64,000 nt of DNA from the NCBI RefSeq assembly GCF_035084215.1, contig NC_090335.1:41168001-41232000 (forward strand). Reading direction: 5' to 3'. This DNA is from Heptranchias perlo. Taxonomy: Eukaryota. Within the stretch, counting starts at the first letter, position 1, and every line of letters starts with the position of its first letter. Under the pieces are notes generated by a model. It did not search any database and was not told the origin of the DNA. It saw only the letters and a list, made by a program, of their open reading frames with translations. Positions 26,290 to 39,200 of this stretch are shown here, piece by piece. The position numbers and the translations under genes are program-made.

Positions 26290-28250
26290 GGGGAGAATTT
26301 TAACCTCTGAGAAAGGGTGGGTTGGGGGTGGGTGGGAAGTTAAAATAATAGAACTTTGCAGCGCCTCTGCAACCCGGCTCCTACACGCCCACTTCCGGGT
26401 TTAATGGAGGCACGTTTGGCTGCGTGCGAGTAACCTATTCACTGGAAGCGGGTCGATAATTAATGCGGGCGGGTGGGTACTTATCAGAGCGATTTACCTG
26501 ATTATCAGATGTTAATGAAGCGATTTTAAATTGACTTTAACAGACCTTCGAATTTAATGCCTCCAGCACGGGTTTCCCGGGGCTTGGGAAAGTCACCAGT
26601 GAAACGGAGGTGAGATTGAGCCGCAGTTCATGGGGGTCTTTAAAGTTCTGAGTACCCCGGTGTGAATTAAAGCTCAGCGATTACAGCAGATGTCTCAGTT
26701 CCCTCTGGCTAACGTTTGGCAGAAGGTTCTTGGGTTCATACAGTTTTTTCAGAACTTTGGAGGTTTTCAGACAAAATCAGGATGGGGGTGGGGGCGCAAT
26801 GAATGTATTCCATAGGACATCGGATGAGGAGGACAATCACCATCCAAGTCAGTGACGTCGTGCTGTGGCAGGATCTGCAGGTGCACAAATGAAAGGTGCA
26901 TAACACAGATCTGGAGAACAACAGAGTGGAGAACAGCAGAGAGGGGAGCAGAGTAGAGAACAGCAGAGAGGAAAGCATCAAAGGGACCAAGGTCACAGGA
27001 GACACAACCCATGTGCGAGCGTCTATTGACAGAGGCACAGCTTCCTTGACCTATCTGAAGAGCGGTGCCCGCACAGGCTCAGATTGAGCTGGCAGATGGT
27101 CGCAGACATCTGCAGCCTCCTTCAAGAAAAGCTACTTCCTGCTGGATCTGGTGGCTACGTATTGCCCGTTCTGTCAAAGTCACCACTGCCCTCAATTTCT
27201 TTGCCTCTGGCGCCTTCCAGTGTGTCACTGAAGACATCTCCAGGATCTCTCAGCCGGCTGCACATAAATGTGTAAGGCAGATAATGGATGGGTTGTTTGC
27301 CAGAGCATCCACTTGTGTGAACTTCCCCCGCGACGACGACAGCCAGAATGAGCGGGCAGTCTGTTTCACCTCTCTGGCTGCCTTCTCAAGGGTGCAGGGG
27401 GAAATCGATTGCACACTCGTGGCAATCCAAGGACCGCCACATAGTATCCTGGCATCATAGTAGTTATGCTGATAGAGTTAGATGAAGAGGACTGGGAGGA
27501 GACTCGCGTGGAGCATAAACATCGGCATGAACCAGTTGGGCTGAATGGCCTGTTTCTGTGCTGTACATTCTTGTAATTCTATGTAGACATCCAGCATTCA
27601 TGGTATGTCTCCTCCATACCATGATCAATGCTAACATACAGCAAATGAAATTGTGTGGACAGTTTTCTTGTCTAGTGCCATGGGTGAGGGGGCCAAGAGC
27701 AATAGAACTGAAGTGCGATGTGCTTCATGTGCGATGTGCTTCTTCATGTGTGATGTGCTGAGATGTGGCCAATTTTGGTGCCCGACGCCATTAATAGGAC
27801 CCAGGGACACCCTGGTGCAGGCTGTCCCCCTCTCGGCATGGTTTGGTGCTAGAAAACTGGGTAAGAGAAAGGAGCACAGTTGCAGATCTGGGAGATCTGT
27901 AGCTGTGGGCTTAGCAGATGGCCTTGCGAGTTACTGGCTGCAGCCAGGAATGCTCAAGGCCCAAAGATCTGGTGGGTCACTGACATCTTCAGGGTCCTCT
28001 TCTGCTTGCTGCCAGGATACATCCTCAGGCACCCCAGTCTGAGACGTGGGCCCGGCATAATCCCTCCATCGACTTCTTGGGGTTCCCCTACTTCTGGGTG
28101 TATCTACAGAAAAAGAGGCAAGAGGCTAGCAATGCCTCCTTTCACCTCATTAACATGTCAGCGATGAACCTTCACCAATTGCTGGCCCAGCTCCACCAAC
28201 CCGGGGAAGCCCCAGAAACCACAGCGGGTGAGACCTGGCATAATGGGTCT
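26290..28250. mobile_element. Deleted Harbinger element (transposase 5' part, + strand) containing a short CR1-type 3' tail
   Basis: Left TIR GGGGAGAATTTTAAC. VKVTTALNFFASGAFQ..SRVQGEIDCTLVAI at 27065-27460. CR1-like tail at ~27455-27585. Right end not resolved. Confidence 0.7.
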
Positions 28251-29737
28251 CTGCACTTTTTTCCTGATCGTGACACATTCATGACGGGACATTCCTCAGG
28301 TGCAAAGGTCAAGGAAATTGGCTCCTGTGTGTCAAAACTGTATTGGAGCACAATGATGAAAAAATTCGTTCACCTCTGAATTTTTTGCTTGAGAGAAATC
28401 AATGTTCAGCGGTAGGCTCCGGTGAACATTGTCATGGCCGCACCAACAACTGCAACGCAACAGTAGGTCATTGCCCACCTCATTTCTGCTGGGCAGAAAG
28501 GCTGAAAATTACGTGGAAAAGTGGAAACATTTTCATTCTCCAGCACAGTCAACTTTAACGAGCACAAAATTGGAAAGGAAAAACAGGGCCAGGTGAAGTA
28601 TCAATTCAAATATGTGATACTATCTGTAACCCTCTAACTATATTTTATCCTCATAACCATGATACTAAATGAGTACTTTGCACCTGTCTTTACCAAGGAA
28701 GAAGATGCTGCCAGAGTCTCAGTAAAGGAAGATGTAGTTGAGATACTGAATGGGCTAAAAATTGATAAAAAGGAGATACTAGAAAGACTATCCAGTCCGG
28801 ATGGGATGTGTCCTAGGTTGTTGAGGGAAGTAAGGGTGGAAATTGCAGAGGTACTAGCCATAATCTTCCAAACATCCTAAGATATTGGGGGTGGTGCCAG
28901 GGGACTGGAGAATTGCAAATGTTACACCCTTGTTCAAAAAAGGATATAAGGATAAACCCAGCAACTACAGGCCAGTCAGTTTAACCTCGGTGGTGGGGAA
29001 ACTTTTAGAAACGATAATCTGGGACAGAATTAGCAGTCATTTGGACAAGTGTGGATTGATTAGGGAAAGCCAGCACGGATTTGTGAAAGGCAAATTGTGT
29101 TTAACTAACTTGATAGAGTTTTTTGATAAGGTAACAGAGAGGGTAGATAAGGGCAATGCAGCTGATGTGGTGTATATGGACTTTCAAAAGGCGTTTGATA
29201 AAATGACATATAATAGGCTTGTCATCAAGATTGAAGCCCATGGAATAAAAGGGCCAGTGGCAGCATGGATACAGAATTGGCTAAGTAACAGGAAACAGAG
29301 CGTAGTGGTGAATGGTTGTTTTTTGGACTGGAGGGAGGTATACAGTGGTGTTCCCCAGGGGTCAGTGCTGGGACCACTGCTTTTCTTGATATATATTAAT
29401 GACTTGAACTTGGGTGTACAGGGCACAATTTCCAAATTTGCGATGACATAAAACTTGGAAGTGGAGTGAGGAGGATAGTGATAGACTTCAAGAGGATATA
29501 GACAGGCTGGTGGCATAGGCCGACGCATGGCAGATGAAATTTAACGCAGAAAAATGCAAGGTGATACATTTCGGTAGGAAGAATGAGGAGAGGCAATATA
29601 AACTAGAGGGCACAACTCTAAAAGGGGTACAGGAACAGAGAATTCTGGGGGTAGATGTACACAAATCATTGAAGGTGGCAGGGCAGGTTGAGAAAGTGGT
29701 TAAAAAAGCATACGGGTTCCTGGGCTTTATATATAGA

Positions 29738-29935
29738 TGTAAGGAATCTTACAACACCAGGTTATAGTCCAACAAATTTATTTTAAAATCACAAGCTTTC
29801 GGAGATTCACCTGACGAAGGGGATAATCTCTGAAAGCTTATGATTTAAAAATAAATTTGTTGGACTATAACCTGGTGTTGTAAGATTCCTTACATTTGTC
29901 CACCCCAGTCCATCACCGGCATCTCCACATCATGG
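29738..29935 (+). mobile_element. 198-bp Penelope-like fold-back mini-element inserted in CR1
   Basis: 12-bp TSD tttatatataga (29726-29737 and 29936-29947). Long inverted repeat at 29738-29894. Contains gttggactataacctggtgttg..caccccagtcc, recalled from shark Penelope-type terminal repeats. Confidence 0.8.
29806..29843 (+). ncRNA. Minimal type I hammerhead ribozyme motif (possibly inactivated)
   Basis: ttcac CTGACGA a ggggat a atctct GAAA gc tt atga contains the CUGANGA and GAAA core boxes, stem II, and a palindromic AAGCUU stem III. Confidence 0.7.
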
Positions 29936-31579
29936 TTTATATATAGAGGCATAGAGTACAAAAGCAAGGAAGTTATGATGGACCTTTATAAAACACTGGT
30001 TCGGCCACAACTGGAGTATTGTTCCCCATTCTGGGCACTGCACTTTAGGAAGAAAGTGAAGGCCTTAGAAAGGGTGCAGAAGAGATTTACTAGAATGATT
30101 CCAGGGATGAGGGACTTTAGTTACGTGGATAGACTGGAGAAGCTGGGGTTGTTCCCCTTGGAACAGAGAAGGTTGAGAGGAGATTTGATAGAGATATTCA
30201 AAATCATGAAGGGTCTAGACAGAGTAGATAAAGAGAAACTCTTCCCATTGGCGGAAGGGTCAAGAACCAGAGGACATAGATTTAAGGTGATTGACAAAAG
30301 AACTAAAGGTGACATGAGGAAATTTTTTTTTACACAGCAAGTGGTTAGGATCTGGAATGCACTGCCAGAGGGGGTGGTGGAGGCAGATTTAATCATGGCC
30401 TTCAAAAGGGAACTGGATATGTACTTGAAAGGAAAAAAATTGCAGGATACGGTGGGGTTGTGGGACTAGCTGGATTGCTCTTGCATAGAGCCAACATGGA
30501 CACAATGGGCCAAATGGTCTCCTTCTATGCTGTAACCTTTCTATGATTCTATAATTTCTCTACCCATGACAGTTACCAACACTGTTAGAGACTCTCCATT
30601 GTATTCAGGGAGGAGAGTTAACATTAATAATGTTAGGGCTTATTAGCTTCACCAGCCAAACATCCAACTGTTTGATCTCCAGCATTACAGGCTCTCTCCA
30701 CCAATCTCAAGAAAGAATTCAGCAGGTTTCTACTGTTTTTAAGAAAGAGCAGTTGTCATGCAATCAATTATATGCAATGAATACATTCATAGTAAAATCA
30801 GGACATCAGTTATTAGTTTGGGTGCAAGGAATCTGGTTCCATTTGCACATGTGCATTCTCTTTCTTTTCCTTTATCCATAATCAAAAATAATCACTTTTC
30901 TGTCACTTTTAATACCTTTAAATTATCTGGTAATAACTTCTATTATTACCAGCTGTCATCAATTTTTCAGCTCTATTGGTGGATTTGATTGGTGAAGGAC
31001 AGTTGATCAAGTGAGGTAGATGAGACATCTGAGAAGCTTGCGAGTTTAACTGAAGGTTCAAGAAGTTATCTTGAGGCCTGTAATGCCTAACAAATCTCAG
31101 CATCTCTAGGGCAGATTTTGAAACTCTGAACCTTGGTAGTGTGCTTTCTTGTTGGTAGCCCCTTTTTCCAGACAAACATGTCACTGTAATGTTAAGTCAA
31201 CTAATCTGATTGGTTCTTGCTATGTTGACTTGTTTTCCTGTGATTATTTTCTCCCATGGGTTTGGAATAGTAATAGGAGTGGGAACATTACACACTGCAC
31301 ACCACATCCATCTTATATATTAAGCCATCACCTAAATTGTTGCCTTGAGTGTAATTCTACATTCAGTTTACTAATGTAAGGTATTCACTAGTCTATCCAG
31401 TTTACATGTGCTGTCTAGTATATCTACCACATTTTTATTTCTCAGTAGCCAAATATTAGTTAATTTTGATTTTTCACTCAATTCCAAAGTTGTGCATTGA
31501 TTTATTTATACTCGTCATTCTCCTGTGGTGTTGCACTTGGGTAGCCAAAACCACATACTTCAGGTCAAGCAGGGTTAGA

Positions 31580-31910
31580 GGGCGGGGGATAATTGAATTG
31601 GTCAAAAATGGGGAGAGGGAAAGCAGCAGATGGAAGGATGGAGAGAAGTCGGGAGACAAAGGGAGAGGGAAGGAGGGAGATGAGGGGTGGGAGGCAGGGG
31701 AAAGAGGGCGAGGAGGGTAGAAGAGGAAGAGGGGTTGGGGAAAGGAGGCGAAGGAAAAAGAGGACAGGAGAGAGGGAGGGAAGAGTAGGAGGAGGATAAG
31801 GGGGAGAAGGGAGAGTGAGACTGAACGAGAGGGAGTAGGAAAGGTTGGAGAAGGAAAAAGCGAGGGACAGGAGGGTGGGATAGATGAAGAGGAGGATGCG
31901 GAAAGGACCA
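31580..31910 (+). repeat. Polypurine (GA-rich) low-complexity tract
   Basis: About 330 bp of almost exclusively G/A on the + strand. Confidence 0.9.
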
Positions 31911-32864
31911 CAATCAGGTTGGCTCCAAACAGCTAAGTGATGGTCAGAGGAAGGATGGGGAGAGATGTGCTCAGGTGAGGAGGCTAGGTTCTAGTCACCA
32001 AAGCTATGCTCAGGGTGGGGGGTGGGGGTGGCAGATCGTTCAGCTGAGAGCCATGAGAGGGAGTAAGAAGATGTGTTCATCTGAAGTGTGTGGGAGGGGG
32101 TGTTGTTTGACTGAGGGGAGTGGGTTCCAATCACCTTAGTAATGTTCGGGGGAGAGATAGTTAGTTCCAAGAACCTAGGTACTGCTAAGTAGAGGCGGGG
32201 CTCTATTTTCTGCTCAGTATGGGGGGGTGGGGATTACCTTGTGGGTTGGGGTTAAGGGTTCCTTTCACATATCTGTCTCCTTGTGGGGGAGCAATATTTT
32301 TGCACATCAGAAATCTAATGGGGGGGTTTTGAAGCATTCCCATATATCATTTATGAGACATGTTTATGCTTTTGATTTAATTTTAAGTGAGTGGTGACCA
32401 GATTGAGATCGCGCATGCTGATTGACGGTACTATCTGCTCAATTTGACAAGTTACTGGAAAGATACAATTGCTATTTCTTTGAAAGACAAATACATGAGG
32501 CTTATTCAGGGTACCATTGGGGGCTGTCTTGTAACGTTTGGTGCTACCCCTTTGTTTTCAATTTGTCACCTAACAATATGTTGACAGCGTCACCTACTGG
32601 TGCAGTACCTCTGGACTCCTGAAACCACTCATCATCTTTGTTATATATTAGAAAAACACAAAAATTTCAGCGTGTAAATTTTGATCCCAAAATGAACAAT
32701 AATTATGCAAATTACATTGAGACCAAAAGTGATGTTTACAAGATAATTTCACATGTACTGAGATGTTATGATTCTCTCTCATAGGTTTTTGTTCTTCATA
32801 CAATTCTGCAACATTCATGAAAATTAAAAACGCTAAGAAATGGCTAAAAAACGTCTTTTCTCCA

Positions 32865-33230
32865 CTGGCTCGGATTCTTTAGTCAGTGAATAGCTGAGCT
32901 ATACGGACTAGTAAGGTCCCAAGATCAATTCCCAGTCCGTAGAGACTTAGCTGATCTAGGCCAATACAATTGGCCTCAGTGAACCTAGGTTAGGGAAGGG
33001 AATATCAGTTAATGTTTTCCCTCCTAACTAACATTCCCTGCTGAAGTATAAATGTTGAGTGAGAATAGAACCAGGTTTGGCTGAGAGAGCTCCACAATTG
33101 AATACCCTGCTAGCATTACTAAAGCTCGCCCATGAAAAATGGCACTTTGGTGAGGTACTGGTGGGTGACTGATGCCTGTGGAACCATACCCTAGCACAGA
33201 GTCAATGCTATCAAGAAAGAAGAAGAGAAA
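32865..33230 (+). mobile_element. Degenerate tRNA-derived SINE
   Basis: Shares motifs (ttagctgatct, acaattggcctcagt, tagggaaggg, tgaggtac, gatgcctgtggaac) with 41030-41270 and 46180-46505. Confidence 0.65.
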
Positions 33231-35637
33231 ATCGGGGAAAAAAATTGAAGCGAAATACCGTTATGTGAAGTCAATTACTTATCATCCAATTTGTTTTGAA
33301 CATGCTTCATTATTGATTGACTCCATGTATACAAGAACATCTATGTGGTGCCAAATAATCCTCATGCCTCCTTTAACATCTAGTTTTATCTGATGTCGTC
33401 TACTGTCACCTAATTTACACAGACTATCTCGCAGGTGAAAGAATAATCATGCCCTCACTGTCGCATCATGATTTTTCATGATTTAGTTAATGCTTCAGAA
33501 AAATGAAATGACAATGTAATCACTAGCAGATTAGTGACTCTCTGGTATCTCTGTATAAATAGAACAGTTGACTGTTGTATTTTAATGTATCTCTGCTCTA
33601 CTTTTGTTCCATTTTGCCTGAAAGGATTCAAAAGATTTTATTATCTATGCACAAATGTCTCATTTCTGTTATATCTGAAAGAAACCCAAATCCCTTTATT
33701 TTTACCCTAAGATCTTTATGCTAAACAAAACCAAGTGATGTGCACCATGTAATTCACTCTGCAGTAAGGCAATGTATTGTGATGTCTCTCCTGGTCCCAT
33801 AGTAAAAGTACCATTCATTTAAATGTTGTGCATATGTCAAATATTAAAGTGAACAAAACACATCTGTACTGTGCTGCAGAAGTTTGTAGTTGTTGCAGTG
33901 AAGGACTCCCTCAAATGCCTTCTTTTCTTATCCAAGCCACTCTAAAATTCAGCTTATAACCTTCAATATGGTGGTTGCTCATTCTTTTGGGTGCTATTGG
34001 AACTACTTCTAGAATGTTTACTCAGATTCAGTGCTCTTTGCTCCTGGGGTCCTGGAAAAATTACATATTCATGATGAACATTACCTAGTGCCAGTTGTGA
34101 AAACACGTGTATGTCTTCCGTGTAAATATTACACGTGTGTCCATTCAGTATGTTTTCAGATTAATGAGCTACCGTAATATAATGCAGAATGACTTTGTAG
34201 CAGGTTAAGCCGTGTTTGAAAACAAGTTCACCAATCCAGTTGGTGCATGATGCTGCCCCATGCATCAGTACATTGTGGGTTCCTGTTACTTTGATCGAGT
34301 ATGATAATAAAACTCATCACACTAATTAGCATTAAAGGCTTAGCTGAGTGTGACTATAAAACCTTGGTATGTGTGCAATTATGATTCAAGAATTTCTGCT
34401 TGGCTGAAATTAATTGGATTCAGCCCCCAGTAATTGGTTTAGTTGCTGTTGTTCAGCCACTGGTGTTAAAATTTTACTACCCTGTTAAATTCATTTAGAA
34501 AAAATGCAAACTGTTGTTATTACCTCCCTCCGCTGCACTTTGACACCAAGTCAGCGATCGTGCTATTTGATGGGCATAAAGAATACTCCCGGGTTGATTA
34601 TCAACTCCATCATGCTTTATGACGATCAAAATAGAGAACAACAGCTAATAGTTTTTTAGTACAATTTATGGGATCTTGTTAAATCACAGCATTCAGCATT
34701 CTTAAAATCTTTACAATTCTCCATTTTAATAGGTAAAGTTAAACTGTCCAAAGGGCAGGGTGAGGATAATAAATGATTAATTTCTATCCCTTTGAATTTA
34801 ACTTAACACTAATTTTCCACAGTTTGGGTGTGCATATATAAATCAGCAGCACTCATAAATTGATATTCCGTTACAAAACTGGTTCAAATCCATTTTGATT
34901 TGGAGGTACAAGAACTGTGAATTTCAAGTTCTTAAGCTGCAGTCTTTATAAACAAAGACATTCACTATCCCTTTCTATTGTTTCTGTAAGTCAGACTGTC
35001 CATCATAGTTGACAATATACTGCATTATCTGTGACTGACAACCAGCCTTACAGATCCAAAGTAAATGCATGATAACATTTAACAATATTGAAATGGTAAC
35101 ACATTGGAAGTGCAAAATGCAATGGACTAAAATTAGAATTTACATTTATAATTTATATATACAGTACTATTTCCTAATGATCAAATGTGCTTCATCATTT
35201 AACATAATTGAAGTAATTGCATCATAACTGGGGTGGACGTCTTCATGCACCAAGTACACAGAGCATGCTTGTAGTCACTGTCCGCCATGGTACTTGATGC
35301 CACCAAAAAGGGAACACTGGCACAGCACAAACTGTATGGTTATATGCATTACATAAATTAAGGGGCTACATGGAGGTCTATACTTTTATCTCAAGGATCA
35401 GACCACAACAAATACCAGTAAAGTTCTGCTCTCACAATTTGTAACATTAGCCCTGTATTTTTGTTGTATGATAGGCATTATTCTTAGCTCTTCTACCTTA
35501 AGGACTCAATGATTTTTTGTGTAGTGTCCATTTGTACAATAAAAAATGCTTGGAATGCAACTTTACATAAAATGTGACCATTTCTTCCTAACTGCAAACT
35601 ATACTTCATTGTCCCATTTTTCCCATTTCTGTTCCAG

Positions 35638-35746
35638 CATCTGACATTGCCACAGAACAGGGTCAAGTTTTGGTCATAGCAACTGCTGCAGTTGGAGGAT
35701 TCACTCTTCTAGTTATCCTTACCCTGTTCTTCCTAATCACTGGCAG
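35638..35746 (+). CDS. EPHA6: EPHA6 transmembrane exon (109 nt)
   Basis: Long polypyrimidine tract, acceptor ttccag and donor gtaatg. Translates (S)SDIATEQGQVLVIATAAVGGFTLLVILTLFFLITG(R), nearly identical to the recalled EphA6 TM segment. Phase 1 start matches the previous exon. Confidence 0.96.
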
Positions 35747-35827
35747 GTAATGCATGTAATAAGCATCTTTTTTTATTCAATACCTGCAACCATCTTTAAT
35801 GTCACATCTAGACAGTTAAAACACACT

Positions 35828-35969
35828 GGGGTAGATTTTGACTTTGTAGGATAAACGGGTGATAGCACCTCAATGATGACATCAATGAAAATTAAAATCG
35901 GGAGAGATATAAAACAGGCTGCCAATTCGCTATCCCCCGTTTTACACTATCGCAGGCAAAACCTACCCC
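35828..35969. mobile_element. 142-bp Harbinger-type MITE
   Basis: TIRs GGGGTAGATTTTG and rc GGGGTAGGTTTTG, with an ACT TSD on both sides. Confidence 0.85.
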
Positions 35970-36261
35970 ACTGTCGTTAAAATGTACCTTTTTATATTTT
36001 GTTTTTATTTCTGAATATGTATTCATTGTGCTTTGTTAGAAGGTGAAACTGTCACTGCTTAAATTATATTTTAAGAAGTCAGGCAGCTTCAGGATTACTA
36101 ATTAGCAGAACATATTTTTGCAATAATTACTTTTGTTGATGAGGAACAAGACTCTGTGAATGTTCATTCTATTCAGCATCCCTTTGTAATGCATTTATTA
36201 CACCAGGTCAATGCAAACTGCTGTGGAGGACTAAAATACCAGAAATCAATATTATAAACGT

Positions 36262-39200
36262 CTACCACTGAGCATCCACAGCCCACTGGGGTAGAGAATT
36301 CCAAAGATTCACCACCCTCTGAGTGGAGAAATTCCTCCGCATCTCAGTCCTAAATGGCCGACCCTTTATCCTGAGACTACGCCTCCTAGTTCTAGACTCT
36401 CCAGCCAGGGGAAACAGCCTCTCCACATCTACCCTGTCAAACCCACTAAGAATTTTATATGTTTCAATGAGATCACCTCTCATTCTTCTAAACTCTAGAG
36501 AATACAGGCCCCTTCTACTCAATCTCTCCTCATAGGACAACCCTCTCATCTCAGGAATCAATTTAGTGAACCTTTGTTGCACCCCTCTAAAGCAAGTATA
36601 TCCTCCCTTAGGTAAGGAGACCAAAACTGTACATAGTACTCCGGGTGTGGTCTCACCAAAGCCCTGTAAAATTGTAGCAAGACTTCCTTACTCTTGTACT
36701 CCAACCTCCTTACAATAAAGGCCAACATACCATTTGCCTTCCTTATTGCTTGCTGTACCTGCATGTTAACATTTGTATTTCGTGGACAAGGACACCCGAA
36801 TCTCTCTGAACACCGACATTTAATAGTTTCTCATCATTTAAAAAATATTCTGTTTGTCTATTCTTCCTACCAAAGTGAATAACCTCACATTTCCCCACAT
36901 TATACTCCATCTGCCACCTTCTTGCCCACTCACTTAACCTGTCTATATCCCTTTGCAGACTCTTTGCATCCTCCTCACGTCTTACTTTCCCAACTAGCTT
37001 TGTATCGTCAGCAAACTTGGATACATTACACTCAGTCCCTTCATCTAAGTCATTAATATAGATTGTAAATAGCTGAGACCCAAGCGCTGATCCTTGTGGC
37101 ACCCCACTAGTTACAGCCTGCCAACCTGAGAATGACCCCTTTATTCCTACTCGCTTTTTTGTCCGATATCAATCCTCTATCCATGCTAATATATTACCCC
37201 CAATCCCATGAGCTCTTATCTTGTGTAACAACCTTTTGTGTGGCACCTTATCGAGTGCCTTTTGACAATGCAAACATGCCACATTCACTGGCTCCCTATT
37301 ATCTACTCTGCTAGTTATAGCCTCAAAAAACTCTAACAAATTTGTGAAACACGATTTCCCTTACATAAGACCATGTTGACTCTGCCTAATCATACTACGA
37401 TTTTCTAAGTGCCCTGTTACCACTTCCTTAATAATAGATTCCAGTATTTTCCCAATGACTGATGTCGGGCTAACTGGTCTGTAGTTCCCTGTTTTCTCTC
37501 TCCCTCCTTCCTTCAATAGCGGTGTTACATTTGCTACCTTCCAATCCACTGGGACCGTTCTAGAATCTTGGGAATTTTGGACGATCACAACCAATGCATC
37601 CACTATCTCTGCAACCACCTGTTTTAGAACCCTAGGATGTAGGTCCAGGGGATTTGTCAGCTTTTAGTCCCATTAATTTCTCCAGTACTTTTTCTTAACT
37701 GATATTAATTACTTTAAGTTCCTCAATCTCATTAGACATTTGGTTCCCCACTATTTCTGGTACGCTTTTTGTATCTACTACTGTGAAAACAGATACAAAT
37801 ATTTGCTTAACGTTTGTGCCATTTCCTTATTCCCCATTATAATTTCTCCTGTCTCAGCCTCCAAGTGACCCACATTTACTTTCGCTACTCTTCCTTTTTA
37901 CATACTTGTAGAAGCTCTTACAATCTGTTTTTATATGTCTTGCTAGTTTACTCTCATATTCTATTTTCTCCCTCTTTATCAATTTTTTGGTCATCCTCTG
38001 CTGGTTTCTAAAACTCTCCCAATCTTCAGGCTTACTACTCTTCTTACAAACATTATAAGCCTCTTTTAATCTAATACTATCTTTAACTTCTTTAGTTAGC
38101 CATGGATGGATCAATTTTCCCCTGGAGTTTTTATTTCTCAATGGAATGTATGTTCGTTCAGAATTATGGAATATTTCTTTAATTTTTTGCCATTTCTTAT
38201 CTACTGTCATATCCTTTAATCTAATTTCCCAATCAACCTTAACCAAGTCGCCCCTCATGCCTATGCTCCATCAAAAGTTCAGAATTGGGGATGTTCGCCG
38301 ATGATTGCACAGTGTTCAGTTGCATTCGCAACCTCGCAGATAACAAAGCAGTCCGAGCCCGCATGCAGCAAGACCTGGACAACATCCAGGCTTGGGCTGA
38401 TAAGTGGCAAGTAACAGTCACGCCAGACAAATGCCAGGCAATGACCATCTCCAACAAGAGAAAATCTAACCACTTCCCCTTGACATTCAACGTCATTACC
38501 AGCACCAAATCCCCAACCATCAACATCCTGGGAGGTCACCATTGACCAGAAATTTAACTAGACCAGCCACATAAATACTGTGGCTACAAGAGCAGGTCAG
38601 AGGCTGGGTATTCTGCGGCGAGTGACTCACCTCCTGACTCCCCAAAGCCTTTCCTCCATCTACAAGGCACAAATCAGGAGTCTGATGGAATACTCTCCGC
38701 TTGCCTGGATGAGTGCAGCTCCAACAACACTCAAGAAGCCCAACACCATCCAGGACAAAGCAGCCCGCTTGATTGACTCCCCATCCACCACCCTAAACAT
38801 TCACTCCCTCCACCACTGGCGCACAGTGGCTGCAGTGTGTACCATCCACAGGATGCACTGCAGCAACTCGCCAAGGCTTCTTCGACAGCACCTCCCAAAC
38901 CCATGACCACTACCACCTAGAAGGACAAGGGCAGCAGGCACATGGGAACAACACCACCTGCACGTCTCCCTCCAAGTCACACACCATCCCAACTTGGAAA
39001 TATATCGCCGTTCCTTCATCGTCGCTGGGTCAAAATCCTGGAACTCCCTACCTAACAGCACTGTGGGAGAACCATCACCACACGGACTGCAGCGGTTCAA
39101 GAAGGCGGCTCACCACCACCTTCTCAAGGGCAATTAGGGATGGGCAATAAATGCTGGCCTTGCCAACGACGCCCACATCCCATGAACGAATAAATTTTTA

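Larger units (their letters stand above)
28655..30552 (+). mobile_element. 5'-truncated CR1 LINE (RT region, disrupted)
   Basis: NEYFAPVFTKE, WRIANVTPLFKKG, NYRPVSLTS, GVPQGSVLGP, RPQLEYC, TRGH motifs with stops and frameshifts. (attctat) tail. Confidence 0.95.

Noticed and set aside
26900-26975. Short direct repeats (gagaacagcagag) suggesting an array
   Set aside because: Irregular low-complexity slippage within a Harbinger transposase 5' region. No repeat-spacer structure, so not CRISPR.
29738-29894. miRNA precursor interpretation of the hairpin
   Set aside because: The TSD, the Penelope-type motif and the hammerhead core explain it better. No small-RNA data are available to support it.
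31466-31913. Several ORFs rich in Pro/Ser/Leu or Gly/Arg/Glu
   Set aside because: Artefacts of the stop-poor polypurine tract.
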